Below are positions 45,453-58,259 of a DNA stretch of 64,000 bases, piece after piece. The DNA lies in assembly GCA_017466635.1 (NCBI GenBank), contig JAFTTU010000050.1, forward strand, positions 8,690 to 72,689, given 5' to 3'. Each line of letters starts with the position of its first letter. Within the stretch, counting starts at the first letter, position 1. The position numbers and the translations under genes are program-made. The notes beneath the pieces are model-generated. The model saw only the letters and a list, made by a program, of their open reading frames with translations, did no database searches and was not told where the DNA came from. Source of the DNA: Bacteroides sp. GTDB taxonomy: Bacteria; Bacteroidota; Bacteroidia; Bacteroidales; Bacteroidaceae.

Positions 45453-46859
45453 TTAGAAATGGCTGGAACCATCAAAACAATGGGTACAAACCTTACATTT
45501 TGGCAACCCAATTGCATCTATCAGAATTTCCAATGTATTAAACTTCAGCGAAGTCAGACTGAAACGGCTTCGGATTTCCTCTACCATTCGCTTATACTGT
45601 GGAGAATCTGTAGTGGCATACTTTTCCAAGTCCTTGTTCTCATCGCCTTCCAAATCCTTAATGATTCGACGTGTCATCAATTCCAAGTCACTCTTCGAAG
45701 AACTGAATCCCAAGAACGGACAACCATAGATGAGCGGTGGACAAGCAATACGCATGTGCACTTCCTTTGCTCCATAATCATAAAGGATATTCACATTGTC
45801 GCGAAGCTGGGTACCACGCACAATGGAATCGTCGCAGAACAGCACACGCTGGCCTTCCAACATAGCACGGTTAGGAATCAACTTCATCTTCGCTACCAAC
45901 GAACGCATTTCCTGATTGGCTGGAGTAAAGCTTCTTGGCCAAGTCGGTGTATACTTGGAAATAGCCCGATGATAAGGAGCGCCCATACCTTCGGCATATC
46001 CCATCGCCATACCAATACCCGAATCCGGTATACCACATACACAATCCACTTTTGCCGTATCCTGTTTACCCATCTTGAAGCCTGTAGCAAAACGAACTGC
46101 TTCTACATTCTTCCCTTCATAACAAGAAACCGGGAAACCATAGTATACCCACAAGAACGAACAAATCTGCATCTTGTCATTCGGCTTACGCATCTGCTCC
46201 ATACCATCGGCACGCAAACGGACGATTTCACCCGGGCCAACATACTTCTCGATTTCATAATCCAAGTTAGGCAAACTGCTCGACTCACTGGTAACAGCAT
46301 AGGCTCCGTCCTTCTTGCCAATGACAATCGGTGTACGTCCCCAATGGTCACGTGCTACAATGATACCGTCTTCCGTCAAAATCAACATGGAGCATGAACC
46401 CTTGATTTTACGGAATACATTTTCAATGCCGTCCACAAAATCCTTACCCTGAATGACCAACAACGCAATCAATTCCGTCTGATTGGTCTTCGAGAGACTC
46501 ATTTCAGAGAAGTGCATATTGGATGCCAACAAATCCTTTTCCAATTCAGGAATGTTGTTCACCTTAGCCACCGTTACGATAGCAAACTTGCCCAAATGAG
46601 AATTGATAAGAATGGGTTGAGGATCGGTATCACTAATGACCCCTATACCGGAATTACCCTTGAACTTGGAGAGTTCTGCTTCAAACTTCGTGCGAAAATA
46701 GGAACTTTCCAGATTATGGATAGAACGCATGAAACCCATACCGGAGGCATAAGTTACCATACCCGCTCTTTTTGTTCCCATATGTGAATTATAATCCGTG
46801 CCGTAAAACAAATCGGTCACGCATTCAGCCTTAGAGACTGTTCCAAAAAAACCTCCCAT
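45453..46859 (-). CDS. purF: Amidophosphoribosyltransferase (PurF family, lacking the N-terminal Cys)
   Basis: IPDSG, RSF, DDSIVRGT PRPP loop, Fe-S Cys (CSF, CPF, CTHCFDG); N-terminus MGGFFG. Confidence 0.85.
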   Translation of the reverse strand: MGGFFGTVSKAECVTDLFYGTDYNSHMGTKRAGMVTYASGMGFMRSIHNLESSYFRTKFEAELSKFKGNSGIGVISDTDPQPILINSHLGKFAIVTVAKVNNIPELEKDLLASNMHFSEMSLSKTNQTELIALLVIQGKDFVDGIENVFRKIKGSCSMLILTEDGIIVARDHWGRTPIVIGKKDGAYAVTSESSSLPNLDYEIEKYVGPGEIVRLRADGMEQMRKPNDKMQICSFLWVYYGFPVSCYEGKNVEAVRFATGFKMGKQDTAKVDCVCGIPDSGIGMAMGYAEGMGAPYHRAISKYTPTWPRSFTPANQEMRSLVAKMKLIPNRAMLEGQRVLFCDDSIVRGTQLRDNVNILYDYGAKEVHMRIACPPLIYGCPFLGFSSSKSDLELMTRRIIKDLEGDENKDLEKYATTDSPQYKRMVEEIRSRFSLTSLKFNTLEILIDAIGLPKCKVCTHCFDGSSHF

Positions 46860-47013
46860 ACCTTAAAAACGATGAATGTACTTTTGTTTTTGCAGTGCAA
46901 AGATAGGAATAAATACCGAAATGAAGAGGCTGTCACTAAATTTTCTTTAATTAAAACCGCAAGAAGTTAAATTTTATATGTAGTTTTGCACTTTAATCAA
47001 TCTACATTTAAAA

Positions 47014-48300
47014 ATGCTTGAAAAACTTTTTGGTTTCAATCCGAAAGAAACCACCGTTCGAACAGAAGTCATGGCAGGTATTACTACTTTCCTGACTATG
47101 GCTTACATTTTGGCCGTCAATCCAAACATCCTGGGCGAAACAGGTATGGATAAAGGCGCCTTGTTTACCACTACAGTAATCATGTCGGCTATCCCGACCA
47201 TCTTCATGGGACTTTATGCAAAATTGCCGCTTGCCCTTGCACCGGGTATGGGTCTGAACGCATTCTTCGCCTACACCATCTGCTTGATTATGGGCTATTC
47301 CTGGCAATTCGCTTTAACAGCCGTCTTTCTGGAAGGTCTTGCGTTCATTCTTTTGACCGTAACCAATCTTCGCGAAAAGATTGTGGATGTGATTCCTGAA
47401 GGCTTGAAAACAGCCATCAGTGCCGGTATTGGTCTTTACATTGCCTTCATCGGTCTGAAGAATGCAGAAATCATTGTAGATAATCCAGCTACCCTTGTTA
47501 GCTTGGGAACACTGACCAGTGGCTCCGGTTTGTTGGGTGTTATCGGTATTGCCCTTACTTCCATCATGTTGGTAAGAAACGTCAAAGGTGCCTTGTTGTT
47601 GGGTATTCTTTTGACTACTATCATTGGTATTCCGTTGGGAATTACCCATTTGGATGGCGTATTCAGTGCTCCTCCATCCATCGAACCTATTTTCTTGAAA
47701 TTCGAATGGGACCACATCTTTACCCAAGAAATGGTAGTCATCGTCTTCACGTTATTGTTTGTTGACTTGTTCGACTGTATCGGTACCGTAATTGGTGTAA
47801 CTACCCGTGCAGGTATGGTGAAGGAAGATGGTAAGATTCCTCATTTGAAAGAAGTGTTCATGGTAGACTCACTCGCAACAACTGCCGGTGCGGCTATGGG
47901 TACAAGTACAGTAGCCGTATATGTGGAAAGTGCTGCAGGTGTAAACGAAGGCGGACGTAGTGGTTTGACAGCCTTTACAACGGGGGTATGCTTCCTCGTA
48001 GCATTGTTCTTCGCTCCTTTCTTCTTGGCCATCCCTGCCGCAGCAACAGCTCCAGTACTCGTATTGGTGGGCTTGATGATGATGAGCAACATCTGGAAGA
48101 TTGACTTCTTCGACTATAAGGAATCTATCCCAGCATTTATCTGTATGATTTTCATGCCGCTGGCATACAGTATCTCCGACGGTATCCTGTTGGGACACTT
48201 GTGCTACGTCATCATCAACGTATTGGGAGGTAACCGTAAGAACCTGACATTAGGTATGTATATATTGGCAGCTGTGTTCCTCTTGAAATTTATCCTATAA
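47014..48300 (+). CDS. NCS2/AzgA family purine permease (core copy)
   Basis: AGITTFLTMAYILAVNP, APGMGLNAFF, YVESAAGV; same orientation as porin and hpt. Confidence 0.92.
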   Translation: MLEKLFGFNPKETTVRTEVMAGITTFLTMAYILAVNPNILGETGMDKGALFTTTVIMSAIPTIFMGLYAKLPLALAPGMGLNAFFAYTICLIMGYSWQFALTAVFLEGLAFILLTVTNLREKIVDVIPEGLKTAISAGIGLYIAFIGLKNAEIIVDNPATLVSLGTLTSGSGLLGVIGIALTSIMLVRNVKGALLLGILLTTIIGIPLGITHLDGVFSAPPSIEPIFLKFEWDHIFTQEMVVIVFTLLFVDLFDCIGTVIGVTTRAGMVKEDGKIPHLKEVFMVDSLATTAGAAMGTSTVAVYVESAAGVNEGGRSGLTAFTTGVCFLVALFFAPFFLAIPAAATAPVLVLVGLMMMSNIWKIDFFDYKESIPAFICMIFMPLAYSISDGILLGHLCYVIINVLGGNRKNLTLGMYILAAVFLLKFIL

Positions 48301-48315
48301 TAAAAAGGTAATAGT

Positions 48316-49035
48316 ATGAAAAAACTGATTCTAACCGCTATACTCGTCATTGCATCTTTACCGATGTTTGCACAGTTGAATGTGCAATTGCATTACGATT
48401 TTGCTGATGCCCTTTATGGTAACGAACTTTCCAACCGCGCACACTGGACAGCTACGGTTGAGAACTTCAAGGCCGACAAATGGGGTAGCACCTATTTCTT
48501 TGTAGATGGTAACTTTGCTGACAACAGCATGGAAAGTGCATATGCTGAATTCGCTCGTGAGCTTCGCTTTTGGGAAGCACCGATAGCCATCCACGTGGAA
48601 TACAACGGTGGCCTTTCAGGTAACGGAAGCTATAACGACGCTTACTTGGCTGGAGCTGCCTGGAATTGGGCGAACAAGGATTTCAGCAAGACCTTCTCCT
48701 TGCAATTGCTGTATAAATACTTGGCCAAACAACAAATCGGTTCCAAGCATAGCTGGCAAGCAACCATCGTATGGGGCATCCATTTCGCCAAGGGAGTCTG
48801 CACCTTCAGCGGATATGCCGACCTTTGGCACGACGGCAGCGTGAAGGGCAATCTGGTATTGAGTAGCGAACCGCAGTTCTGGTTCAACTTGGCAGCGCTT
48901 GAAAGCGTGGACGATGACTTCAAGCTCAGCTTAGGTACCGAACTAGAACTCACCAAGAACTTGGTATGGCCTACCGATGGCTTGAACGACCGTTTCTATG
49001 CCATCCCGACATTGGCAGCCAAGTGGACTTTCTAA
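48316..49035 (+). CDS. Tsx-like outer-membrane nucleoside channel (DUF5020-like)
   Basis: Signal peptide, NVQLHYDF, D.WGSTYFFVD, beta-barrel pattern, terminal KWTF. Confidence 0.8.
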   Translation: MKKLILTAILVIASLPMFAQLNVQLHYDFADALYGNELSNRAHWTATVENFKADKWGSTYFFVDGNFADNSMESAYAEFARELRFWEAPIAIHVEYNGGLSGNGSYNDAYLAGAAWNWANKDFSKTFSLQLLYKYLAKQQIGSKHSWQATIVWGIHFAKGVCTFSGYADLWHDGSVKGNLVLSSEPQFWFNLAALESVDDDFKLSLGTELELTKNLVWPTDGLNDRFYAIPTLAAKWTF

Positions 49036-49070
49036 ACCTTAATAATCATCTACATAAAAGATTAAAAGAT

Positions 49071-50964
<1,894 letters not shown>

Positions 50965-50968
50965 AGAC

Positions 50969-50990
50969 AGGCTGCCAATTGGCAGCCTTT
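50969..50990. terminator. Bidirectional terminator between eno and xylE
   Basis: aggctgcc-aatt-ggcagcct followed by T-run. Confidence 0.7.
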
Positions 50991-51001
50991 CTTTATCTTA
51001 G

Positions 51002-52462
51002 TTATTTCTTCCAAAGCTTATTCATATCTTCCAATGTCTTGCCCTTGGTTTCGGGAACCATCTTCCATACGAAGATAGCGGCAATCACACAAATCACACC
51101 ATAGAGTGCATAAGCGAAGATATGTCCGAAGTTCTCCATACCCGGCAACTGCATGTTGTACATCGGTACGAAAGTAGACGATACGATGAAGTTGAAAATC
51201 CATTGGAAAGCAACCGCAATCGCTACCGCTGCACCACGAATGGTATTCGGGAAGATTTCGGAAATAAGTACCCAACAAATCGGTCCCCAAGAGAACATGA
51301 ACGATGCTGAATAAACCATGATGCTAACAACCGATACCAATGGAGGCAATGCCCATAAGTTACTCAACGCTACACCGGCTGCACCGATAGCCATACCGAT
51401 GGAACCATAGATGAGCAACGGCTTGCGTCCCCACTTTTCTACCGTAAAGATAGCTACCAATGTGAAGAGAATATTCACAATACCCATAATCACAGTCTGT
51501 ACCATCGGATTACCCATGTTCATGGATTCGAAAATACGAGGAGCAAAATAAAGCACGGCATTGATACCTACCGCTTGTTGGAACACAGAAAGCATGATAC
51601 CCACAAAGATGACCACCCATCCGTAAGTGAACAAGCGTTCGGTCTTTTCTTCGGCTGTAGCCTTGATTTCATGAAGAATGGACTTGGCACGTTCCAAACC
51701 ATTGATACGGGCCAAGACACTCAAAGCCTTGTCATCCTGACCACACATAGCCAAATAACGCGGAGTTTCAGGTACGAAACAGATAAGCAAAGCAAAGAGA
51801 CCTGCAGGAACGGCTTCACTACCGAACATGTAACGCCATCCGGTTTCTATGGTCCAAGGGTCAGAACCTGCTACTACATTGTAGATGCCCTGTGCAGTCT
51901 TTTCAATTATCGGGTTGGTATGTTCTCCCAGGATAAGGAAGTTCACGAAATACACCAACAACTGACCGAAGATGATGGCAAACTGATTCCAGGATACCAA
52001 AGTACCACGGATATTCGATGGAGCAACTTCAGCAATATACATTGGACAAATAGCCGATGCCAAACCGACACCAATACCACCCAACACACGATAGACATTG
52101 AATGCTACCAACAAACTATAAGAAGGTTTTCCATAATCGAACAACAAAAATTCCGGATAATAGGAACCCAATGCCGACAAGAAGAAACAGATACCGGCAA
52201 ATATCAATGATTTCTTACGGCCAAAATTAGATGCCATGTATCCAGAAATGGCACTACCGATAATACAACCTATCAAGGCACTGGACGAAGTGAATCCGTG
52301 CATGGCATCGGTATACACAAAATCAGTCGCTCCCAAGAAAAAAGCCTGAAGGCCTTTCTCTGCTCCGGAGATAACAGCAGTATCATATCCAAAGAGCAGA
52401 CCACCCAGAATAGCCACTACAACTATACTGATGAGATACATTTTACTTTGTTGATTTTCCAT
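51002..52462 (-). CDS. xylE: Sugar porter family MFS transporter, D-xylose:H+ symporter-like
   Basis: GGLLFGYDTAVISG, PMYIAEVAP, PETPR, QQAVGINAVLY, PETKG. Confidence 0.85.
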   Translation of the reverse strand: MENQQSKMYLISIVVVAILGGLLFGYDTAVISGAEKGLQAFFLGATDFVYTDAMHGFTSSSALIGCIIGSAISGYMASNFGRKKSLIFAGICFFLSALGSYYPEFLLFDYGKPSYSLLVAFNVYRVLGGIGVGLASAICPMYIAEVAPSNIRGTLVSWNQFAIIFGQLLVYFVNFLILGEHTNPIIEKTAQGIYNVVAGSDPWTIETGWRYMFGSEAVPAGLFALLICFVPETPRYLAMCGQDDKALSVLARINGLERAKSILHEIKATAEEKTERLFTYGWVVIFVGIMLSVFQQAVGINAVLYFAPRIFESMNMGNPMVQTVIMGIVNILFTLVAIFTVEKWGRKPLLIYGSIGMAIGAAGVALSNLWALPPLVSVVSIMVYSASFMFSWGPICWVLISEIFPNTIRGAAVAIAVAFQWIFNFIVSSTFVPMYNMQLPGMENFGHIFAYALYGVICVIAAIFVWKMVPETKGKTLEDMNKLWKK

Positions 52463-52480
52463 GATATGATTTTTAAGTTT

Positions 52481-54931
52481 TTATAATGATTTCGGAGAAT
52501 AAATTGCATTCCACCAAGTCGGGTCATCCTGCAACCACTTCGCAAACCATGCCCAGATGGTGTTCTGCCACTGGATACGCTTGCCATAATCCACAATGTG
52601 ATGGTCTTGACCTGTAACAAGTACCATAGCTGTTTCACGTCCGAGAAGCTTCAAGGCTGTATACATCTGGATACTTTCGCCCACCGGTACATTCATATCC
52701 TTATCACCATGTACAAAAAGCAATGGAGTATGAATTTTGTCGGCATTGAAAAGTGGACTTCTGTCGACATACAAGTCCTTGCGTGTCCATGGATAGCTGT
52801 TGGCCATGCTCACTTCGCTATACGAATAGCCCCAATAACCTTCGCCCCAATAGCTGGTATGGTCACTGATACCTGCATGAGAGATAGCAGCTGCAAAGAT
52901 GTCGGTCTTGGTCTGCAAGTATTGGGTCATGAATCCTCCATAAGAAGCACCGATGCAACCAATCTTCTTAGCATTAACAAATGTGTGTTCTTCGCAGAAC
53001 TTCTTCGTACCCTCAATGATGTCCTGAGCAGGACCTTCGCCAGCGGTATTCACATGACGGGAACCGAACTCCTGACCAAAGCCACTGGCTCCACTCGGAA
53101 GAACGACATACACCACATAACCGAGGGCAGCATAGGCATGATGCGGATAACGGCTTTCAAAGTTACGTTCCGTAGGGCTACATCCACCGTAATAGTTCAC
53201 AATCATCGGATATTTCTTCGAAGCATCGAAATGAGGAGGCAGATAATAGCGTCCGTAAATGGTGTCTCCACGAGAGCTGACAAAGTTCCAGGCATGACAT
53301 TCACCCAACTGTACATCTTTTAATATTTCCTTACTGAGGTCTTCCACCAAGGCGGTCTTTCCCTTCTTCGTGTCGAGGGTATAGAGACGGTCGGAGTTCA
53401 TCGCTCCCTGACCATAATAGGCCATCACCGGTGCATTGTCTGCCAAACTGATGCTCTTCACCAAATCTTCCTGAGCATCGAGTTGCTGAATCTTTCCATT
53501 GACCGGATTCATACGATAGAGGCTGATGTAATCACGGTTTTCGGCGGTGAAGTAAATCTGACCATCTGTCTTACTCCAAACAGTTTGTTGTACGCTTGGG
53601 TTGAAATCCTTGGTCATTGGCGTAATCTTCTTGTCCACCAAATTCATGATGTACATCTGATAATCGTATTGATTTGGAGTCAATCCTTCGGGCAAATTCA
53701 AGCCTATACCTCCCAAAGTTTCCGGAGAACCCGTCAAAAGGATTTGGGTATTATCCGGCGAGAAACTGGCACCGCCCAAGAAACCATCTTCGGCCACCAA
53801 GGTTTCTACTTGCAAGGTCTGTACATCCAATTTATATAAGGTGGAAAGCGTAGTCGGCCGTTGGGTTAATCGGCTACGGCTAGTCATCATCAACACATAG
53901 CGTCCATCCGATGAAATGTCCAGTCCCCATGCATTGTGATAGCCGAAAGTCAATGGTTGCATCAGGCCACTCTTCAAGTCATACTTCGCCAAGGAGGAAC
54001 GGTCACGCCAACCCGGTTGACGGTCGTCCGGCTCAATGACTTCATAGATTTCTTTACGTTCCTTCGGACCTTCCTGCGTCAACGAATAGAGTAACCAGTC
54101 TTCAGTAGGAGCTACTTGAAAGTAGCCATCAGGCAACTTGTCCACCCAAATACTTTCCTGTCCAGTCAACGGATCAACAGTTACCAACTGACGACCATCC
54201 ACCCCTGTACGAGTATAATAATAAAGGTTGCTCTTCGGCATCCATTGCAAACGTTCGGTGCGTTGTGTCAAGACTTTTCCCGTTGCCAATTCTTTGATAG
54301 TGGTATATCCCGACGAACGTCCACCTACCTGAGTGGTGCGATAAGAAGTCATCAGATACTTGCCATTCGGAGAAAGGCTCATTCCAGAGAAACGGGTTCC
54401 ATGCAATACATCACTCAAGGTATAGTTGCGTTTTCCGTCTTCGCGAAGAGTCACGATACCATCCTTTTCTGTTTTTACACTTACTTTGATATTGTCATCC
54501 TTACCTGCTTCGGACAGATACTTGATAACGATTGGATGAGTGGATGGTTCGAGTGTCAATTCTGTACCTCCTTGCTTTTTACCATTCACATATACTTGAT
54601 AATTCTTTACACCTTCTACTTTCAGGGTAGCCTTGGTGTACGCCTTGCTTTGAAGGGTAAATCCGAGCAAATGGAGTGCATAGCCATTGTTGGTATTCGG
54701 AAGCACTTCGCCAGAAAAGGAGGTACCTTGTTGAAGTTGCTCCAACGCCAACGGAGTGTCGAGCAGATTTTTCATGGCAAAAGCCTTGGAATTCACATCC
54801 ACACTATCTACCATATAGGGTTGTTGCACCATGTAAGGTCCCGCATAGCGAAAACTCTTCACATCGATATTTTCGGCCGATGCCAACATCCCCATACACA
54901 AGGCACCTGCCAGAATGATTTGTTTTTTCAT
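52481..54931 (-). CDS. S9 family peptidase (beta-propeller plus alpha/beta hydrolase)
   Basis: Signal peptide, GASYGG nucleophile elbow, HG.KD.NV, GQDH. Confidence 0.92.
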   Translation of the reverse strand: MKKQIILAGALCMGMLASAENIDVKSFRYAGPYMVQQPYMVDSVDVNSKAFAMKNLLDTPLALEQLQQGTSFSGEVLPNTNNGYALHLLGFTLQSKAYTKATLKVEGVKNYQVYVNGKKQGGTELTLEPSTHPIVIKYLSEAGKDDNIKVSVKTEKDGIVTLREDGKRNYTLSDVLHGTRFSGMSLSPNGKYLMTSYRTTQVGGRSSGYTTIKELATGKVLTQRTERLQWMPKSNLYYYTRTGVDGRQLVTVDPLTGQESIWVDKLPDGYFQVAPTEDWLLYSLTQEGPKERKEIYEVIEPDDRQPGWRDRSSLAKYDLKSGLMQPLTFGYHNAWGLDISSDGRYVLMMTSRSRLTQRPTTLSTLYKLDVQTLQVETLVAEDGFLGGASFSPDNTQILLTGSPETLGGIGLNLPEGLTPNQYDYQMYIMNLVDKKITPMTKDFNPSVQQTVWSKTDGQIYFTAENRDYISLYRMNPVNGKIQQLDAQEDLVKSISLADNAPVMAYYGQGAMNSDRLYTLDTKKGKTALVEDLSKEILKDVQLGECHAWNFVSSRGDTIYGRYYLPPHFDASKKYPMIVNYYGGCSPTERNFESRYPHHAYAALGYVVYVVLPSGASGFGQEFGSRHVNTAGEGPAQDIIEGTKKFCEEHTFVNAKKIGCIGASYGGFMTQYLQTKTDIFAAAISHAGISDHTSYWGEGYWGYSYSEVSMANSYPWTRKDLYVDRSPLFNADKIHTPLLFVHGDKDMNVPVGESIQMYTALKLLGRETAMVLVTGQDHHIVDYGKRIQWQNTIWAWFAKWLQDDPTWWNAIYSPKSL

Positions 54932-54968
54932 GAGTCTATAATGATTATGTTTTAACAAAGGTAATTAT

Positions 54969-57434
54969 TTATTCCGTAATCTGATAATCTCCTGCTTTTT
55001 CTGTTACTATTTGTTGCAATTCTTCTATCGACAACGGTTTATTTTCAAACTCTACGGTAGCAACCGGCGGTTCTAGGGTAACGGTTGCCTTGACACCTTC
55101 AATGCTGTTCAATGCACGTTCTACCCTACCGACACAATGTTTGCACATCATACCGTCTACCTTATATTGACAAGTAACAGCCTTTACTTCTTCGACGACT
55201 TCCTCTGGTTCACTCAGTACGACACGTTCTGTTGCAATGCGCTTTCTCCGCAAACGAAGGCTATTGGTTACTACGCTTACGCTACTGAATGCCATCGCTG
55301 CTCCCCCAATCATCGGATTGAGCAAGAATCCGTTGATAGGATAAAGCATACCGGCTGCTATAGGTACTCCTATCAGATTATAGAAGAAAGCCCAGAAAAG
55401 ATTCTGATGAATCGTTCGAACAGTCAGTTGGGATAGACGGATAGTTTCCGAAATCTTTACCAAATCCGATGAAAGGATGGTCACCATGGCTGTATCCATA
55501 GCAATGTCACTTCCTTGCCCCATAGCAATGCTAAGGTCTGCTTGAGCCAAAGCAGCACTATCGTTGATGCCATCGCCTACCATCGCCACCTTTTTTCCTT
55601 TCGATTGAAGTTCTTGGACAAAGGCCGCCTTTTCTTGAGGCAATACTCCAGCCTTGAAAAGCTTGATGCCTACTTGCTTTGCCACCTCACCGGCCGCTTC
55701 CGGTTGGTCACCCGTCAGCATCCATACTTCGATACTTTGCTTATGAAGTTCTTCGATAGCCTGTACGGAAGTCGGTTTCAACCGGTCAGTAATCGCCAAC
55801 ACACCCAACGTCTTCTGCTCCTCTGCCAGAGCAATGACCGTCTTGGCTTCGTTGGTCCATGCTTCCGCTTTCTTCTTCAAAGCCTCGTCCATCGCGATGC
55901 CTTTTTCTTGTAAAAGGACCAGATTACCGGCATAATACTTCTTGTCATCGATGTAGCCTTCTACACCTCTTCCTGACAATACACAGAAGTCTTTTACTTC
56001 CATGCCCGAAATGTTTTTTAGATACATCACCACCGCTTCTGCCAACGGATGTTCAGACATCTTTTCCAAACTATATAGAATACGCTTGGCATCCTCTTTT
56101 AGCCATACAGCATCCGTCACTTGTGGATGACCTTCGGTCAGCGTACCAGTCTTGTCCAATACCACGGTATCTACTTTTCGAGCTATTTCCAAACTCTCCG
56201 CATTCTTAATCAGAATACCATTTTCTGCCCCTTTACCGATACCCACCATGAGAGCCGTCGGTGTAGCCAATCCCAAAGCACACGGACATGCAATGATTAG
56301 TACCGTTACCATCGCCAACAAGCCATGGGTAAAACCATTCTCACCGGCACATACATTCCACACCACAAAAGAAACCAATGCAATGGTAATGATGGCCGGC
56401 ACAAACACAGCTGCAATCTTGTCAACCAACTTCTGAACGGGTGCCTTGCTCCCTTGAGCATCCTGCACCATGCGGATGATTTGAGCCAACAAGGTATCTT
56501 GTCCTATCTTGTCCGCCATAAATCGAAAAGCACCCTTTTGATTGATGGTTCCGGCATATACCTTTGCATCTTTCTGCTTGCGTACCGGAACCGGTTCTCC
56601 ACTCAGCATGCTCTCGTCCACATACGACTGCCCTTCGGTTACTACTCCATCCACGGCAATGCGTTCGCCTGGCTTTACCACTACCATATCTCCTTGACGT
56701 ATGGCGGTAATCGGGAGAATCCGTTCCCCTTCGGAAGTCCATACGGTTACAGTCTTGGGTTGAAGTCCCATCAACTTACGTATAGCAGCCGAAGTATTCC
56801 GCTTGGCTCTTTCTTCCAACAATCTTCCCAACAGGATGAAAGCAATGATGACACTCGATGCCTCGAAATACACATGGGGTTCGATACCTCTTGCCAACCA
56901 GAATTGAGGGAAAAACAGATTGAATACACTGAACCAATATGCAATTCCGGTACTGAGTGCAACGAGCGTGTCCATGTTGCAAGTGCCATGCTTGAGTTGT
57001 TTCCATGCACTGACGAAGAAACCTCTTCCTAGTACAAATACCACCGGAGTAGAAAGCAGCCATACCACATAGTTCACCCACCCCACATGCATGAACGCCA
57101 TGCTGAGCACCATGATAGGAACCGCCAGCACAATGGCCCATCGGGTACGTTTCTTCAACCTTTCATAACGGACAGCATGAGCCTTTTCGACCTCATCGGC
57201 CACATCACTTTCAGCTTCTATCAGGAGATCATAACCTGCATGCTGTACCGCCGTCTTCAACACAAGTGGTGAACACTCATCGGCATCATACATCACTTGT
57301 ACGGTAGCTGCCGCATAATTAACGGATGCTTCCTGTACGCCAGGCAGACCATTCAAAGTCTTATCCACCCGTGCCGCACAGGAAGCACAACTCATCCCCA
57401 ATACGGGGAAGGTTTCTTTCTTTATTTCGCTCAT
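54969..57434 (-). CDS. copA: Cu(I)-translocating P1B-type ATPase with N- and C-terminal HMA domains
   Basis: GMSCASC, CPC, DKTGT, SEHPLA, GDGIND, YN..P, GMMCKHC. Confidence 0.92.
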   Translation of the reverse strand: MSEIKKETFPVLGMSCASCAARVDKTLNGLPGVQEASVNYAAATVQVMYDADECSPLVLKTAVQHAGYDLLIEAESDVADEVEKAHAVRYERLKKRTRWAIVLAVPIMVLSMAFMHVGWVNYVVWLLSTPVVFVLGRGFFVSAWKQLKHGTCNMDTLVALSTGIAYWFSVFNLFFPQFWLARGIEPHVYFEASSVIIAFILLGRLLEERAKRNTSAAIRKLMGLQPKTVTVWTSEGERILPITAIRQGDMVVVKPGERIAVDGVVTEGQSYVDESMLSGEPVPVRKQKDAKVYAGTINQKGAFRFMADKIGQDTLLAQIIRMVQDAQGSKAPVQKLVDKIAAVFVPAIITIALVSFVVWNVCAGENGFTHGLLAMVTVLIIACPCALGLATPTALMVGIGKGAENGILIKNAESLEIARKVDTVVLDKTGTLTEGHPQVTDAVWLKEDAKRILYSLEKMSEHPLAEAVVMYLKNISGMEVKDFCVLSGRGVEGYIDDKKYYAGNLVLLQEKGIAMDEALKKKAEAWTNEAKTVIALAEEQKTLGVLAITDRLKPTSVQAIEELHKQSIEVWMLTGDQPEAAGEVAKQVGIKLFKAGVLPQEKAAFVQELQSKGKKVAMVGDGINDSAALAQADLSIAMGQGSDIAMDTAMVTILSSDLVKISETIRLSQLTVRTIHQNLFWAFFYNLIGVPIAAGMLYPINGFLLNPMIGGAAMAFSSVSVVTNSLRLRRKRIATERVVLSEPEEVVEEVKAVTCQYKVDGMMCKHCVGRVERALNSIEGVKATVTLEPPVATVEFENKPLSIEELQQIVTEKAGDYQITE

Positions 57435-58018
57435 TCTTTTATTTCATTTGGGATTTCCTCTATCGGAGTAACATCTTCTATAACGATTTCATGCTTCATC
57501 AACTTTTCTTCCTTCCGACGGAACTTGTAAATATTAATCAGTTCTGAAATGCCATATGCGGTACTACTGATACCCAAGATAATGAACGGAATGGTAGCTG
57601 CCGCAAACGGATTGACCAGCACCACCAGTCCGGCAAACAAAATCAAGATTGGCATGACATAATAGCCAAACGACACCGATGCATGACTACGGGCACCCAG
57701 CAATCCGGCTATCTGACTGATACCGGCAAAAACCAATACGACACCCAATACATACATCAGGATACCTACAAAGAAAGCCGGTGATACCATCAGCCACAAA
57801 CCGAACAACAAGCTTCCCAAACTGATTATCGGGAAATACATGCCAAGTTGACGGCCTTTTACAAAATAGCCTACAAGCGTGAACAAACTAGGCAAGAAGA
57901 ACATCGCCCCAATGGCAATGACCAAATAGACAATAGCTGTTTCCGGCCATACCATCAACAAGATACCTATCGCTATGGCACTCACGCAACGCATGATACT
58001 ATAATTCATCATTTTCAT
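57431..58018 (-). CDS. DUF308/HdeD-like membrane protein
   Basis: Six short TM helices with GI.L..WP and G..L...P repeats. Confidence 0.7.
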   Translation of the reverse strand: MKMMNYSIMRCVSAIAIGILLMVWPETAIVYLVIAIGAMFFLPSLFTLVGYFVKGRQLGMYFPIISLGSLLFGLWLMVSPAFFVGILMYVLGVVLVFAGISQIAGLLGARSHASVSFGYYVMPILILFAGLVVLVNPFAAATIPFIILGISSTAYGISELINIYKFRRKEEKLMKHEIVIEDVTPIEEIPNEIKE

Positions 58019-58110
58019 AAGTCTATCATTTTTTGGTTCGTTATGCGAATATAACGATTATTTCGGACATAATCCCTATATATCCCCATTCTTTTAGATA
58101 AATTTTTCAT

Positions 58111-58143
58111 AAAAGAAAGCTCCGACTTTCACAAGCCAGAGCT
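58111..58143 (-). terminator. Minus-strand hairpin with U-tail
   Basis: agctctggct-tgtgaa-agtcggagct followed by ttctttt on the minus strand; the two mismatches are G-U pairs. Confidence 0.6.
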
Positions 58144-58259
58144 AAGAGAGAGTTAACCTTAAAAATCACATACTATGGTTCATTTTTCCTGCTGATTATT
58201 CACACGAACTATATGGCAGTTTACTAGATAACATCAGCTATCGAAGTTTTGTTCACCGT

